Under the pieces are notes generated by a model. It was not told where the DNA came from, ran no database searches, and saw nothing but the letters and a program-made list of their open reading frames with translations. From Chiloscyllium plagiosum (taxonomy: Eukaryota), in NCBI RefSeq assembly GCF_004010195.1, contig NC_057750.1, positions 18,923,860-18,987,596 of the forward strand: DNA of 63,737 nt, written 5' to 3'. A program made the position numbers and the translations under genes. Positions 50,181-63,737 of this stretch are shown piece by piece (position 1 is the first letter of the stretch; every line of letters starts with the position of its first letter).

Positions 50181-53100
50181 TTATTTGTTTATTATTGAAG
50201 CTTGTTATGGAAGAATATAAACATAATTTACACAAATGCCAGATACAAGTGGTAAAGCACTTTTTTTATTGAAGATTTTTTATCCAAAAAGTGTTTTAAC
50301 AAAACTCGGAAAAATATTGACAAACTGTACCTTGTGGAATGGCAGAGAGATCAGTGCTGAAGTCTGAAGTATTTAAAATTTTATTAAAGATTTTGTTGAA
50401 AGCCCAATTGTTGAAGTCATAATACAACAATAGGAAAGCATGCCATGAGGAAGGCCACAAACAGACTGCAAATAGATAAAATAGGTGAAGTGGGTGAGGA
50501 AACATTTTAGAAGGTAGACTCTGATGTGGAAAAATGTAAAGTCTTGGATTTTTTCAAGATGAATAGTGTAGGAGTGAGCTGACCAGGACTAAATTTCAGA
50601 AGGCAACAGAGTTCAGACACGTACATGTTTATTCAAGCAATTACTGGTAATATGCAGGGAGAGGCAAACGAGAACTCCATATTGGGCTGTGTCAAATACA
50701 CTCTACCCTAGTGCAAGCAGATTTTTAGTTTTGTATGTTTTCCTTGTCCCTCTCTGGAAACACTCTGCACATCCACTCCCTCTGTATACAATTGATCAGT
50801 AGTGCTGCGATGTCCAAGTGTGGATCATTCTACATCAGCAATTTGCTTGCTGCTGTGTGTTTACCTGCCAATTAATTAGATCAGGAACTTTTAAATTCCT
50901 TATTGCAGGGAATACAAAGGAATATTGATTTTTGATCAGTTTCAACATACTAATTTTGTTACATCTAATTTTAAATTTCTTTAAGCTCACAAGTTGTGTC
51001 TCAATGTGTTCATTCAATCCACATTCCAATGTATGTTCATCTGTCTTCCCTGTAATGATAAAGGGGTAGTGGAGCTTCTATTGCCTGAAACTTCTTTACA
51101 TCTCTTTCTTTAATGCTTTTAGTGACCTTTTTTGTGTATATGGGGATCCATAACTACTTCGGAATCCACATCTATGATAATAACAAGAATCTTAACTATA
51201 ACGTGCTCTTAATATTGTATCAGATTGATGAAATAATTCAAGAGAAACAACTAATTAATGTGAAATGTCATTATTACGTATGCCAAAGCAGCTGCAATTC
51301 TATCCCAGTTAGTGGCCTTGATTATACAGACCTGCTATTGTTCCACTTGTGAAGACTACATTAAGAAAATACTTCCAAAGCTCCCTAACTACTGTCAGCC
51401 ATATTCTGCAGAGCGAGAGGGGCAGCTGTCAGCCATTTTGTGCTGCTCAGTTATGGACTGCCCTAACAAATAGAAAAGCAGAGTAAAATTAGGGAGATTG
51501 AAAAATGCTGCAATACAGAAGATTCTGGGTCTCCTCATGCATGAACATGATCACAAATATAAGTTTGTCTTGGGGGGGGGAGCAAGTAATTAAGAAGGCA
51601 AATGGAATGTTGCCCTTTGTTATAAGAAAGGAAGTTTTGCTGCAGCTGTACAAGACATTAATGAAACCACATCTAGAATATTGTGCACAGTTTTCCTTCC
51701 TTTATTTAAGGAAGGATACACTTACGTTGGAGGGAATTTAGCGAAAGTCCACTGGGTTGATTCCTGGGATAGCAGAGCTGCCTTATGAGGAAAGTTTAGC
51801 AGGTTGGGCCTATAATTACTAGAGATGCAAAGAATGAGAGGTGATCGTGTTGAAATGTATAAGACTCGACAGGGACTTGAGAAGATGGATAGCTAGAACA
51901 AAATGTTTTCCCTCGAGTCAAGGAGTCTAGAACTGGGAGACAGCTTGAAGACAAGGCAGATCTCATTGAGATAAGGAGTTGTTTTAATCTCTCAAGCATT
52001 AAACTTTGGAATTCGCTTCCCCTGAGAGCAATGATGTCTACCTCATTGAATAGATTTGAGGCTAAGTTGGATATTGGATTCACAAGGGACCATGAGGGCA
52101 GAGAGGAAATTAAAATTAAGGCTTGACTGACAGCAAAAAGAACCTCTCTGTAAATGCTAATGATTCATAGTCGAATTCCAAAAACTACTGCAAGCCAGTT
52201 CACCCCTTTCATTCCATTGCCAAGGGAAAGCAAAGCAGCTTTTGCAAACTGTTTCAGGATTTAAGTATTTGGCATTGAAGCATAATGACTAGGAGTAGGA
52301 GTATGCCATTCAGAACTTTGAACCTGCTTTGCTATTCAATATCCTCATGGCTGATCCTTTCTCTTAATGTCCTATTCCCGGTTTCTCTCCAGAACACTGA
52401 TGTCATTAGAATAAAAAAACTCTTTCTTGAATATATTCAACTGACTTAACTTCCACAACATTCTGTGGAGATTTGCAGATTTGTGTGAAGAGGACCCCAG
52501 TAGATACAAGAAATGATTATTAGAAGTAACTGTGAGGCCCGGGTTTAAGGTCCATGTGCTGCAGGGTTGAGTAATAACCTCTCTGGAAAGGTTGATTAGA
52601 AAATGTCTTGAGTCAGTACTGGACAGGATAGGCTTCCACAACGCTGTGCCTCCCAGTGTACCTTGATATTCTGCATGCTGTCAGACAGATTGGAATTCCT
52701 AATAAATTTATTGCTCTCTGTAATAACCTTGAGTACATATTGTTCTCCTGAGATGGTTTCTCTTAATTAAGAGAGCCTGACAGGCTATTCTCCTGCTGGG
52801 ACAGGAGATCACATTTATTACAATGGATCTTCTAGTCACAAGACATTACAAGAAATCACACATTTACTCACGTATTAACTTCCTGTCATTTGTACCTTCC
52901 AGCGCCTGATCAGCTGCCTCAGTTAAACATCAAATCAAATAATTATTTCCAACAATTTTAAAATCTTTCTTTTCAAGGTCTGAATACTTTATTGTCCTGT
53001 CTAAATTCAGCTGAAGCTACAACTGCATAATGAAGTACCCGATTTCTTTGTTCAAACTACAATGAGATGCTCTTTATGACGATGTTTAAAACTTCCTTCA

Positions 53101-53599
53101 GTAATTTCCCATTTCTCTTAGCTGTTACAAAATGGCTATCAGTCATTCTTTGCTAGTCTCTCTCACTCAACTGTTCATTTCCCTGCATTTTAAAAGGAGA
53201 TACTATCTATCTGTGTCAACTTGCAAAGTTCTTAGAACTTGCAAAATTATTTCAGGACTTTTCGGAGAATTAAATTTATATTTTTCTTAAAACAAATCAA
53301 TCCTTATCTTCATATCACAAAAATCAACTCTCCAAGTTTCCCCACCATGTGTAAAATGTTTCTCCAATGTCTTGACTTGACGACAATGCAGTTTTGAAAA
53401 ACATTTTTTATTGTTTCAATTCATTTATGTCTGTTTATGCTTCTCACTAAACATTCCATGGGTGTTAATAGCCATTGCCTCTCTAGCTTGCATTTCTGTA
53501 AAACCATTAATGCGGCATAGCTTTCTATATTTCATTGAAATTTCCCCTGGGTTGCACAGAGGGCAATCTCTAACATTCGCAATCTTCTCTAACTTACAC

Positions 53600-56500
53600 C
53601 TCCCACAGCACAGCACAGGAACAGACTCTTTGGCCCACCACATTTGTGACGATCATGGTACCATTCTAAACTAATCCCATGTTCCTGCATATGGTCCATA
53701 TCACTCTATTTCCTGTCTATGTGTCTGACAAAATGCTTCTTAGACTTTGCAAACCTACCAGTTTCTACTACTTCCTCTGGGAGCATGTTCCAGGAATCCA
53801 CCATCCTTTGCATGTAAAACCTTCCTCGTGTATCTCCTTTTAACTTACCCTCTTTCACCTTAAGCCTATGCACCCTAGTATTTCCATCCTGGGAGAAAAG
53901 GGTCTGACTATCCACTCTATCTACAGCTCTCAAAATTTTATAAGCTTGTATCAGGTTAACCCTCAGCCCCTGACATCTCGTGAAAATGCCCAATTTTGTC
54001 CAGCCTCTCCTGATAGCTAATACACTCCAATCCAGGCAACATCCTAGTAAACCTCTTTTGCACCCTCTCCAAAGCCTTCACATTCTTCCTCTAGTGTGGT
54101 GACACAATGTTCCAAATGTGGCCTAACTAAAGTTTTATACAGCTGCAACATGACTTGCCAACTTTTATATTTGATTCCTTGATGAAGAAGGGTTACACCC
54201 GAACCGTTGACTTGTTCACCTCCTGAAGCTGCCTGGCTTGCTGTGTTCTTCCAACCTCCTGCTTACCTACCTTTAATGGATGAAGACGAACATGCTATAT
54301 CCCTTCTTTCCCATCTTATCCACTTGTGTTGCCACTTTCAGGGAGCTATGGACTTGGATCACAAGATCCCTCTCTATAAGGGAAGCCTACCCTGGCAAAT
54401 CTTGTCAAATGCTTTAGTAAAATCCATGCAGACAATATCCACTGCCCTACCCTCATCAATCATCTTTGTCACTTACTCAAAAACACAATCAAATTTGTGA
54501 GACAAGACCTCCTTTGCATAAAGCCAAGCTGACTATCCCCAGTAAGCCCATTATTCTCCAAATGCATGTAGATCCTTTCCCTAAGAATCTTCTCCAAATG
54601 TTTCCCAACTACTGATGTAAGACATACCACCCTATAAATTCCTGGATTATCCCTGCTGTCCTTCTTAAATAAAAGGAGAAGCATTGGCTAATCTCCAGTC
54701 TTCTGAGACCTGGCCTAGGCTAAAGAAGATACAAAACTCTCTGTCAAGGTCCCAGTAATCTCCTCCCTTGCATCCCTCAGTATCCTGAGATAGATCCCAT
54801 CAGGCCCTGGTGACTTACCTACTTTAATGTTTTTCAGGACACCAACACCTCCACATTTTTAATATCAATGTGCCACAGACTATTAACAAATTCCTGTCTA
54901 AACTTACCATCATCCATGTCCTTCTCTGTGGTGAATACTGATGTGAAGTACTCATTAAGGAGCTCACCCACTTTCTCTGTGTCAGTGAGAGCTGTTCAAG
55001 ATGAGTCTCAAGTCCCAGATTAGCAGCACACATCAACCCTTACTTGGAGCTCTTCCCATGCAGCATGGACCATTCTGCCTTTTCCAGGTAAATACAGCAT
55101 TTTTGTACATTTCTCATTACAAAACTTACATTGAGGTTATTGGTAGCCTCGTCCCCCTAATCTATACATCCAAACCTGTAAACAAACAATCAATGATGGA
55201 CACCTCTATGGACAGCCCTATGGACATCCCATGATCTCCAGATGTTCACCAAGACGCCTTTATCATCTGTCCTTGGGCCCTTACAATGCATCCCACTAAT
55301 TTATATTCCAATGCTTTCAGTTATATTTTTTCCTAGATGTTTGTCAGCTGCATCATCGCCAACAAATTAGACACTTGCTTATTTCAAAGGACTCTTCTAA
55401 TTCCATCATTCATAGCATTCCCTACTATCCTTATTATAAGAGATACGAACAGATACTAATTTCTGCTAATTGCTATAAAATTCGTAATATCAGTTCCAAT
55501 GTAAAGTTGTCACTTACAGAATTAAGGAGAACCCCCAAAGCCTTTTATTCATACATAAGAAGCAAGAAAGTAACTAGATAAAGCATTGGTCCACTAAAAG
55601 ATCAGGAAGGAAGGTTGTGTGTTGAACGTGAGAAAATGGGTGAGATTCTCAATGATTACTTCACATCAGTGTTCACTGAGGAGAGGGACATGATGAATGT
55701 TGAAATTAGAGATAGACATTTGTTTTCTCTGGATCACGTTGACATAAGGAGGGAGGATGTGTTGGGTAGGCGAAAGGACATTAAGGTGGACAAATTACCA
55801 GGACCAGATGGGATCTATGCCAGGTTGCTGAGGGAGGTGAAAGAACTGGGGCTCTGAAAGATATCTTTGTAGCATTCTTAAACACAGGTGAAGTTCTGGA
55901 GGACTGATGTTGTCCTCCTGTTCAAAAAGGGTAGGAAGGATATTCCAGGTAACTGCAGACCAGTGAGTCTGACTTCAGATACTGGGGGATAGGATCTATT
56001 TATATTTGGAAGAGAATGTGCTTATTGTTTAGGGGCAAGATGGTTTTGTGCTGGGGAGATTGTACCTTACCAAATTAATAGATTAGATTACTTAGTGTGG
56101 AAACAGGCCCTTCGGCCTAACAAGTCCACACCGACCCACCGAAGTGCACCCATCCAGACCCATTTCCCTCTGCACCTAACACTACAGGCAATTTAGCATG
56201 GCCAATTCACCTAACCTGCACAGTTTTGGACTGCAGGAGGAAACCAAAGCACCCAAAGGAAACCCATGCAGACACAGGGAGAACGTGCAAACTCCACACA
56301 GTCAGTCGCCTGAGGCAGGAATTGAACCCGTGTCTCTGGTGCCGTGAGGCAGCAGTGCTAACCACTGTGCCACCGTGCCGCCCACAATCCAAATCCACTG
56401 TCTAAACCTATTGCTCAACTCCTAAGGATCTGTATCCCTCTGCTCCCTACCTACTTGTGCATCTGTTACGCATCTATTAATTTGGTAAGATACGATCTCC

Positions 56501-58900
56501 CCGGCACAAAACCATGTTGCCTATCACCAATAAGCCCATTCTGTTCCAAATATAAATAGATCCTATCCCTCTGTACCTTCTCCAGCAACTTTCCAACCAC
56601 TCAAGTCAGTCTCACCCCCCACCCCCGCATGGCCTGCTGCAGACAGAGACTGTGATGTTTGGCATTTTAATCGATGGTATTACTATGAACAGCTGTAATG
56701 TAACTTTTTCTTCATTTCTCTATTCTGTAACTAAGGACTGTACTTAGGTATGCTGTCCCAAAGGTGGTACTGAGTGGTGACTTATAAACTTTCACTGCAC
56801 TCATTTGAGTACATGACAAGAAAGCTAATTCAATTCGATTATAGAAAAAGTTATATGGCTAAATGTACTGTCCCTACTCTAAATATTTCTACACTAACTT
56901 TTTTAACTTACATCTACTCAAATTCCATTTATAAGACTGAAATCCAATCACTTTCAAAACTCAAGAAGCATGTTTAAATTCCTAACGTTTTACAAGATAT
57001 AAACTCCCACTGTTTATTTTCTCACAGTCAAGCTGGTGTCCTTTAGAGGTTATCAGTTTTCTCCTTTTGTTGTTCAATCCCTCTTGCTGACGGGATTGTG
57101 GCTCCTCTCCACCATCTTTATTTGAAAGAATTCAGCCAAATTTCTGAATGTTTCGTTGTAGATTGTATTTTTTTTATTATTTCTTGATACTCAGTTACCT
57201 AAAGAGTGTGTTGTGGGATCATAGTTTTCTTTTAAACCTTGCAAACTTCAAACTTTGGATTGTCTGTTTCTAAACATTTCTTGTCAGACTGGCTATTACA
57301 AACTTCTGCAGCTGTAGGTTTGTACAAAACTGTTTGTATATTAATTTGTAAGTTCATTTTTTCTATCTGGACCTTGTTATTTTGGAATTACCTTATTCAC
57401 AAAGTTACAATTGTCCTAACTTATGATCTAACTTTATTACTGAATTGAACAAGCTACTTCTATTGCTACAGCTAAAAAATCTTCTCCGCCATCTTTTTGT
57501 CAACTAAGAATTGTGGGCGGCCATTTTGTGTCACATCTGGCCGTGGGCTGCTCCAACTCTCCGGCTCCACACACAACATCTGACCTTTGTACTTGAGTGG
57601 ACCTACTCTTTCCCAACTTACCCTCTCATTCCTTACGTACATATAAAATGCCTTGAGATTCTCCATATTCCTTATTGCTGATGACATTTCATGGCCCCTT
57701 CTATCCCTCCCAATTTCTTGCTTAAGTTCTTTCCTGTTTCCTTTATACTCCTCAAACGCCTTGTTTGATATAAATTTCTTAGACTTTACAATTTCTTCCT
57801 TTCTCTTTTTGACTAACCTTTTAAACATCTCTTTTTATCAAAGATTCCTGAACCTTGCCATTCTTATCTCTCATCCTCACAGGAGCATGCTGATCCTAAA
57901 CTCTGACCTTTAAAAGATTCCCAGATGTCAGATGGGAATTTGTTCCCTCTATCAGCTGCCCCGGATGTAATTTCTTTTGTTCCTGCCTTGTAACTAGCCT
58001 TTGCCCAGTTTAGCACTTTCACCTGAAGACCAGTCTTATTCTTCTCCATAACTATGCCAGAATTACGATCACTGTTCTTTAAATGCTTCCCAACTGAAAC
58101 TCTGACCACCTGGCCAGACACATTCTGCTGTGCAAGGTCTAATATGGTGTCTTACTTCATTATCTATGTTTCATGAAACCCTCTTGGATGCACCTAACAA
58201 ATCCTACCCCATCTAAGCACCAAGGGAGCCCCAATGAATACTGGGGAGGTTGAAATCACCCACTACAATAACCCTGTTATTTTTATTTTGTTTCATGACC
58301 TGCTTACATATCTGTTCCTCTAGCTGCTGCTGGCTATTGGGACGTCTACAATATAATTCCAGAATAGTGAGTGTACTTTTCCTCTTAGTTCTTAAGTTCT
58401 ACCCATATTGCCTCACTGGATGAACCTTCCAAAATGTTCCCTCTTAGAACAGCTGTGTTATTCTCTCTATTCAGTCATGCAACTTCCCCATTCCTTTTAT
58501 ATCTCCCTCTGTCTCACTTGAGACATCTAAACCCTAAAACATTGAGCTGCCAGTCCCGGCCTTCTCTCAAAGAAGTTTCTGTAATGGCTAACAATTCATA
58601 ATCCCAGGTACTAATCCAGGCTTTAAATTCATCTGCCTTATCTGTTATACTCTTTGCATTACAATCAATACACTGCAGACTGCCAGTCCCGCAATGTCCA
58701 TTAACCTGGCAATGTGTCTTCTTCTCTTAAGACTTATTTGACTTAACCTGTGCCTTCTTCTTAATCACTCCACATGCTGACCTACTGCGCTGGTGCCTAC
58801 TCCCTGTCACACTGGTTTAAACTCTCCCAAATGGCACCAGTAAAACTGTGTGTAAGGAGATTGGTGCTCCACCAGTTCAGGTGCACCCCATCCTACTTTG
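53600..58900. mobile_element. Cluster of CR1 LINE fragments in both orientations
   Basis: KKDSRDNPGIYR..LTSVVGK, GPDGIY, YIRSK motifs. Confidence 0.75.
56080..56383 (-). mobile_element. HE1-like SINE
   Basis: Same family as 40725-41026. Confidence 0.85.
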
Positions 58901-59479
58901 ACAGATCCTACGTTTTGGAGTCTCCAGTTTGCAGACTCGAGCCACTTCCCCTTTACCATGGCTGTGCAATCCCGTTACACGTCCATCCCCCCATCAGGAT
59001 CATCTCAGGACTCTCCGCTTCTTCCTGGAGCAAAGGCCTGAACCGTGCCCACACCCCGCCAGCCTCCTCTGCCTGGCCGAGCTCGCCCTCACCCTAAACA
59101 ACCTCTCTTTTTAACTCCTCTCATTTTCTTCAGCTCAGAGGGGAGGCCATGGGGACACGCATGGATCCTCCTGGCTAGATCATCGTCCCCTCCTTTGTCT
59201 GTCCAATTGTTCTTCTCTGTCTTTGGGCTTTGTCTCCACCTATCATTCACTCCTTACCCCCTTCCACCACCCTCTTTCCCACATAAAGACCAACATTTTC
59301 CTAGCTCCCATCAGTTCTGAGGAAGGGTCACTGGACCTGAAATGTTAACCATGATTTCTTATCACAGACGCTGCCAAATCTGCTGAGCTTTTCCAGCAAT
59401 TTCTGCTTTGGTTTCTGATTTACCTTACCACAGCTCTTCTGGATTTTATTTAGTATTTTACTCACTCCCTTAGCTCTTC

Positions 59480-62400
59480 TGGGCATGCCCACCATGAAGA
59501 AGTTCTGCTCCTCTCTCTGATGGGACTTCCAATCCAATCTTTTCTCTTGTCCGCTGTCATTAATTTCACTGTCACTCCTGGCGTTTGACCAGGTATTTGT
59601 TAAAACCCGTTTCCACAGTAACATCACATTCCTTACCGACTCACCCCATATAGGTTCATCCCTCATGCTTTGAATCCAGCCAGGATCACGGGTATCTCTG
59701 CAATGTTCAATATTGCACAGACAGCAATTCCCGCTGCATCCTGAGATCCAAACTCAGTGCCATGTGTCATCACTTGCGCACTCTCAATCCCTGTCTCCAA
59801 CAGCATCATGCCACACTGGCTCAGGGCTGCACCACTCTGCAGTTCCACCTCCTCCTCCAGCTCCTTCACCATGCTAACAATAAACTATTTATTTTCCTTT
59901 CAGGCATCAAGGCCCGCAAGATGCAACAACTCAGACAGACCCATGACCTTCTGGAACCTTCCTCCCCTCCCCTTTCCTCTGACTCCATCCCCTCCCCAAC
60001 ACCACCTCCTTTTGGATATTCACCATCCCTCCTGACGTTCCGCTCTCTGATGCTGAACGATCTGTACTCAGCAAAGTTGTCTTCGCCTCTGTGCCCATTT
60101 CTTTGGGCAACAGTCCTCCCCTCTTCCCACAGAACCCTTCACCCGCCCCCTCCAACACTCTCCCTCCACCTTGACCCCTCCCTTTGGTCTTCTCCCTGCA
60201 CTCTATCTGTTCATTGAGAACTGTCGATGTGACATTGGCCACCTCAGTTTCTCTGCCCCAAACTGAGTGCACTCTGTGTGCTCAGATCCAACCCTGACTT
60301 TGTTATGAAGCCTGCCAATAAGGGTGGTGCTGTTGTAGTCTGAAATATTGACCCCTGCATTACAGAGGCTAAGGGCCAGCTCTCAGATATTTCCTTCTAT
60401 CCCCCCCGGACCATGACCCCACCATGGAACATCAGGCCATTATATCTACTATGGTCACTAATCTTATTTCATCTGATGATCCCTCCTCCCCCCAAACTGC
60501 CTCCAAACTGACAGTATCCCAGCCCCGCACAGCTCGCTTCTACCTCTATTCGAAAATCCTGGGTGGATCCATTGTTTCCTACTCCTCCTGCCCCATAGAA
60601 CTCATCTCTTCCGACTTTGACTAGGTTTTTTTCTGCCCTGGTCCAGTCCTTGCCAACTTACATCCACAATTCCTCGATTGCTTTATGTCCGTTTTGGAAT
60701 TTCCAGTTTGCAGGTTGCAGCCACCTCGTCTTTATCATGGCCTTGCAATCCCTTTACACGTCCATCCTCCACTAGGATGGTCTCAGGCTCTCTGCTTCCT
60801 CCTGGAGCAAAGGCCTGAACCGTCCTTACCTACCACCATCCTCCTCCGCCTGGCCAAGCTCATCCTCACCCTCAACAACTTCTCTTTTAACTCCTCTTAT
60901 GCAAAGGCCTGAACCGTCCTTACCTACCACCATCCTCCTCCGCCTGGCCAAGCTCATCCTCACCCTCAACAACTTCTCTTTTAACTCCTCTTATTTCCTT
61001 CAGGTCACGGGGAGGCCATGGTAACCCACATGTGCCCTGGTTATGCCTGTCTCTTTGTGGGGTATATGGAACATTCCTTGTTCCAGTCCTCTTCAGGCCC
61101 CCACTAACAACTGTTTCTCTAATATATCAGTGATATCATCGGTGCCAATTTCCTCTCACATCCAGAAATGGAAAGGTTTATCAATTTCACGTCTAGTTTC
61201 CAAACCGCCCTCACTTTCATCTGGCCCATCCTTGACTCCTCCCTTCCCTTACTCGACATCTCTGTTTCTATTTCTGGTTTTGACTGCCCACTATAAACCC
61301 ACCGACTGCCGTAGTTACTTGGACTATACATCCTCACACCCTGCTTCCTGTAAAGACTCTATTCCATTCTCTCAATTCTTCTGTCTCTCCGACACATATA
61401 TTCCAATGAGGCCAACTTCGACAAGGGAGCCTCCAGAATGTTAATCTTCTTTCTCAGCTGATGATTCCTCAGCACCATTGCTGACAGAGCCTTCAACTGG
61501 ATCTGACCCATTTCCCACATTTTGGCCCTCACCCCCTCTCTTCCCTCCCACAACAGCGATAGGGTTCCCCTTGTTCTTACCTACTATCCCACCAGCAGCC
61601 ACATCCAGAAGATCATTATCTGCCATTTCCGCCACCTCCAGTGAGGTGCCACCATCAGGTATATGTTCCTGTCTCCTCGCTTGTCTGTCTTCCGGGGGGT
61701 CTGTTCCCTCCAGGACACCCTGGTCCACTCTTGCTTCACTCCCAATACCCACCTACCCCCAATCCTCCCACAGCTTCTTGGTACCTTCTCCTGCAATCTC
61801 TGAAGGTGTAACACCTGCCCATTTACCTCCTCCATCCTCAGTATCCAATATACTTTCCAGGTGAAGCAACGTTTTACCTGCACTTCACACAGCTTGTCCA
61901 CACAATGTGGACTTCATTACATTGGGGAAACAAAGGGTAAACTGGGTGATGCCTCCACAGAACACCAACATTCTACCCACAAAAATGACCCTGAGCTTCC
62001 AGTTGCCTGTCAGTTCAACACACCACCCTGTTCCTTGGCCAATCTCTCTCCCTCAGCCTTGCTGCGGTGCTCCAACAAAGCTCAGCATAAGCTGCAGGAA
62101 AAACACCTCATTTTCCAGTTGGGGACCCTGCAGCATTCTGAATTCAATATTGAGTTTAATAACTTCAGAGCTTGAACTCTCCTATATCCTTACCCCAACC
62201 CCACACACCAGGCCTTGTTATCACTTATTCTGCTATTACACACAATCCATTGTTAGCCACAAACAGTCTCCACTAACAGCAATTCATCCTCCTAGCCAGG
62301 ATTGTTATCCACTCCTTTGTCTGTCCAACTGTTTTTCTCTCTCTTTGGGCACTATCCCCGTCTATTGTTTACTCCTTATCCCTCTACCCACCCTATCTCC

Positions 62401-62530
62401 TGCATAAAATCCAACATTTTCCAAGCTACCATCAGTTCTGAGGAAAGGTCATTGGATTCAAAACATTAACTATGATTTCTCTTCAAATAAGTTGCCAGAA
62501 GTGCTGAGCTTTTCCAGCAATTTCTATTTT
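59480..62530 (+). mobile_element. Degenerate near-full-length Penelope-like retroelement (RT plus GIY-YIG endonuclease); related fragment at about 58900-59420
   Basis: KPANKGGAVVV, LTLNNFSFN, AM..MCPGYACLFVG, HYKPTD, GLHYIGETK..EH, EKHLIFQLGTLQ; many stops and frameshifts. Confidence 0.8.
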
Positions 62531-63737
62531 TGTTATACAGATCCCGCTTGTCCTGGAAGTAATCCCAATCATCTAGATATCTGAAGCCACCGAACCTACA
62601 CCAGCTCTTTAGCCCCTGCATTCAATTATGTTATCTTCCTATTTTTGACCTCACTCGCACATGGCACAGGGAGTAATCCTGAGATTACAACCCTGGAGAT
62701 TTGCTTTTCAGCTTCTTACCCAACTCCCTAAATTCCATTTGCAGGACATCATCTCTGTTTCTGTCGATGTTGTTAGTACCAATATGGACAATGATCTCTG
62801 GCTGCCTACCATCTCCTTTAAAAATATCACGTGCCCACTCTGAAACATCTATGACCTTGGTATCAGGAAGGCAGAAGGTTGTGGGAAGAAGCTATTTGTG
62901 TCTCTGGGTGCTCCTGTCCCGTGGCATGCCACAGCGATTAGTACTAGATCTCTTATTGTTTGTGATATAGATATTGAAGAAAATAGGGGTGGGATGGTAA
63001 GTAAGTTTGTAGATGACATGAAGATTGCTCAGGTTGGTGGCAGTAAGGAGAAAGGTCTTAGATTACAGGGAGACATAAATGGATTGGTCTCATGGGCAGA
63101 TCAATGGCAAACTTCTGGTCAACATGGCAGCAGAGTAAGCAGCGCTGTGTTCAGGCTCCTGAGCCCTTGAGCTTGAAGACTCTTGAACTGATGGTGGAAT
63201 AAGGCTCTTGAGCCCAAGGCTCATTCGGTCTATCTGCTTTTCTTTTTGTTTCTTTTCTCTTTTCTTGTGTGTTTTTTTTTAATCTTTCACTCATCTCTTG
63301 GAGGTGGCAAGTGATCCCCATGTGAGTCCAATGTGGACTCGAGTGAGGCGCTTACTTTTCTGGGGCAAGCGCAGGAACTGGCATTGGAATCAGTGGCGGT
63401 TTTTATTGGTGGAGACGATATCAGTGAGGTAGGCCCAGTGGTGAGAGATGGCGCCGGAGGATTGGCAACATTTTATTGGTTGGGTCTGGTGCTGATTACG
63501 GTAAAGCAGTTGCAGAAAAGCCATCATGTTTACATTGATGAGATGGGCCCAGTAGCAAGAGACGAGAGTCCAATGTTTGTGAGTCCGTGCATGTTGCAGT
63601 AAGGCAGGAGGAGAATTGGCCCAGCAATGAAAGATAGTTCCTGGAGAGTGGCAACCTCAACATCAGTTTGGTCCGGTGTAGATAGCAGTGAGGTGGTGGG
63701 GGAATGATTGGGGTGCAGGCTTTGTTGACAATGAGCA

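Larger units (their letters stand above)
1..51627. repeat. Tandem segmental triplication of an A-D-B-C V cassette
   Basis: The window-start sequence recurs at about 17730, 32537 and 51307; V order and intergenic repeats are collinear. Confidence 0.9.

Noticed and set aside
59328-62407. Host protein-coding gene among the many short ORFs
   Set aside because: Fragments and alternate frames of a decayed Penelope element
1-63737. D, J or C segments and true 12-RSS
   Set aside because: I found no FGxG J motif with an RSS and no C1-set exon by eye. Stray CACAGTG heptamers, for example within SINE heads, lack nonamers.
1-63737. CRISPR arrays or prokaryotic systems
   Set aside because: Vertebrate sequence with no repeat-spacer structure

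Overview
Vertebrate genomic DNA, almost certainly from a cartilaginous fish (shark). This is inferred from HE1-type tRNA-derived SINEs, CR1 LINEs and Penelope elements. The window holds a cluster of 11 germline T-cell receptor V gene segments, all on the minus strand. Each has a 37-nt leader exon, a phase-1 intron and a V exon; intact copies end in YYCAWS followed by a 23-bp-spacer RSS. The proteins closely resemble mammalian TRBV30 (mouse Trbv31/Vb14), so this is most likely the TCR beta locus. The V genes fall into four families (A, D, B, C) arranged as a roughly 15-19 kb cassette repeated three times (about 1-17.7k, 17.7-32.5k, 32.5-51.3k), and homology ends near 51.6 kb. Three copies look fully intact (A1, A3, C3). 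One is open with a 24-bp RSS spacer (B2), one is cut by an assembly gap (B1), and the rest carry defined lesions. The last 12 kb is only repeats, and I saw no D, J or C segments. Notable extras are a conserved E-box+ETS motif about one helical turn beyond the RSS nonamers, ETS-CRE-like promoter motifs, minimal hammerhead ribozyme cores in Penelope-derived repeats, and a likely gene-conversion tract.
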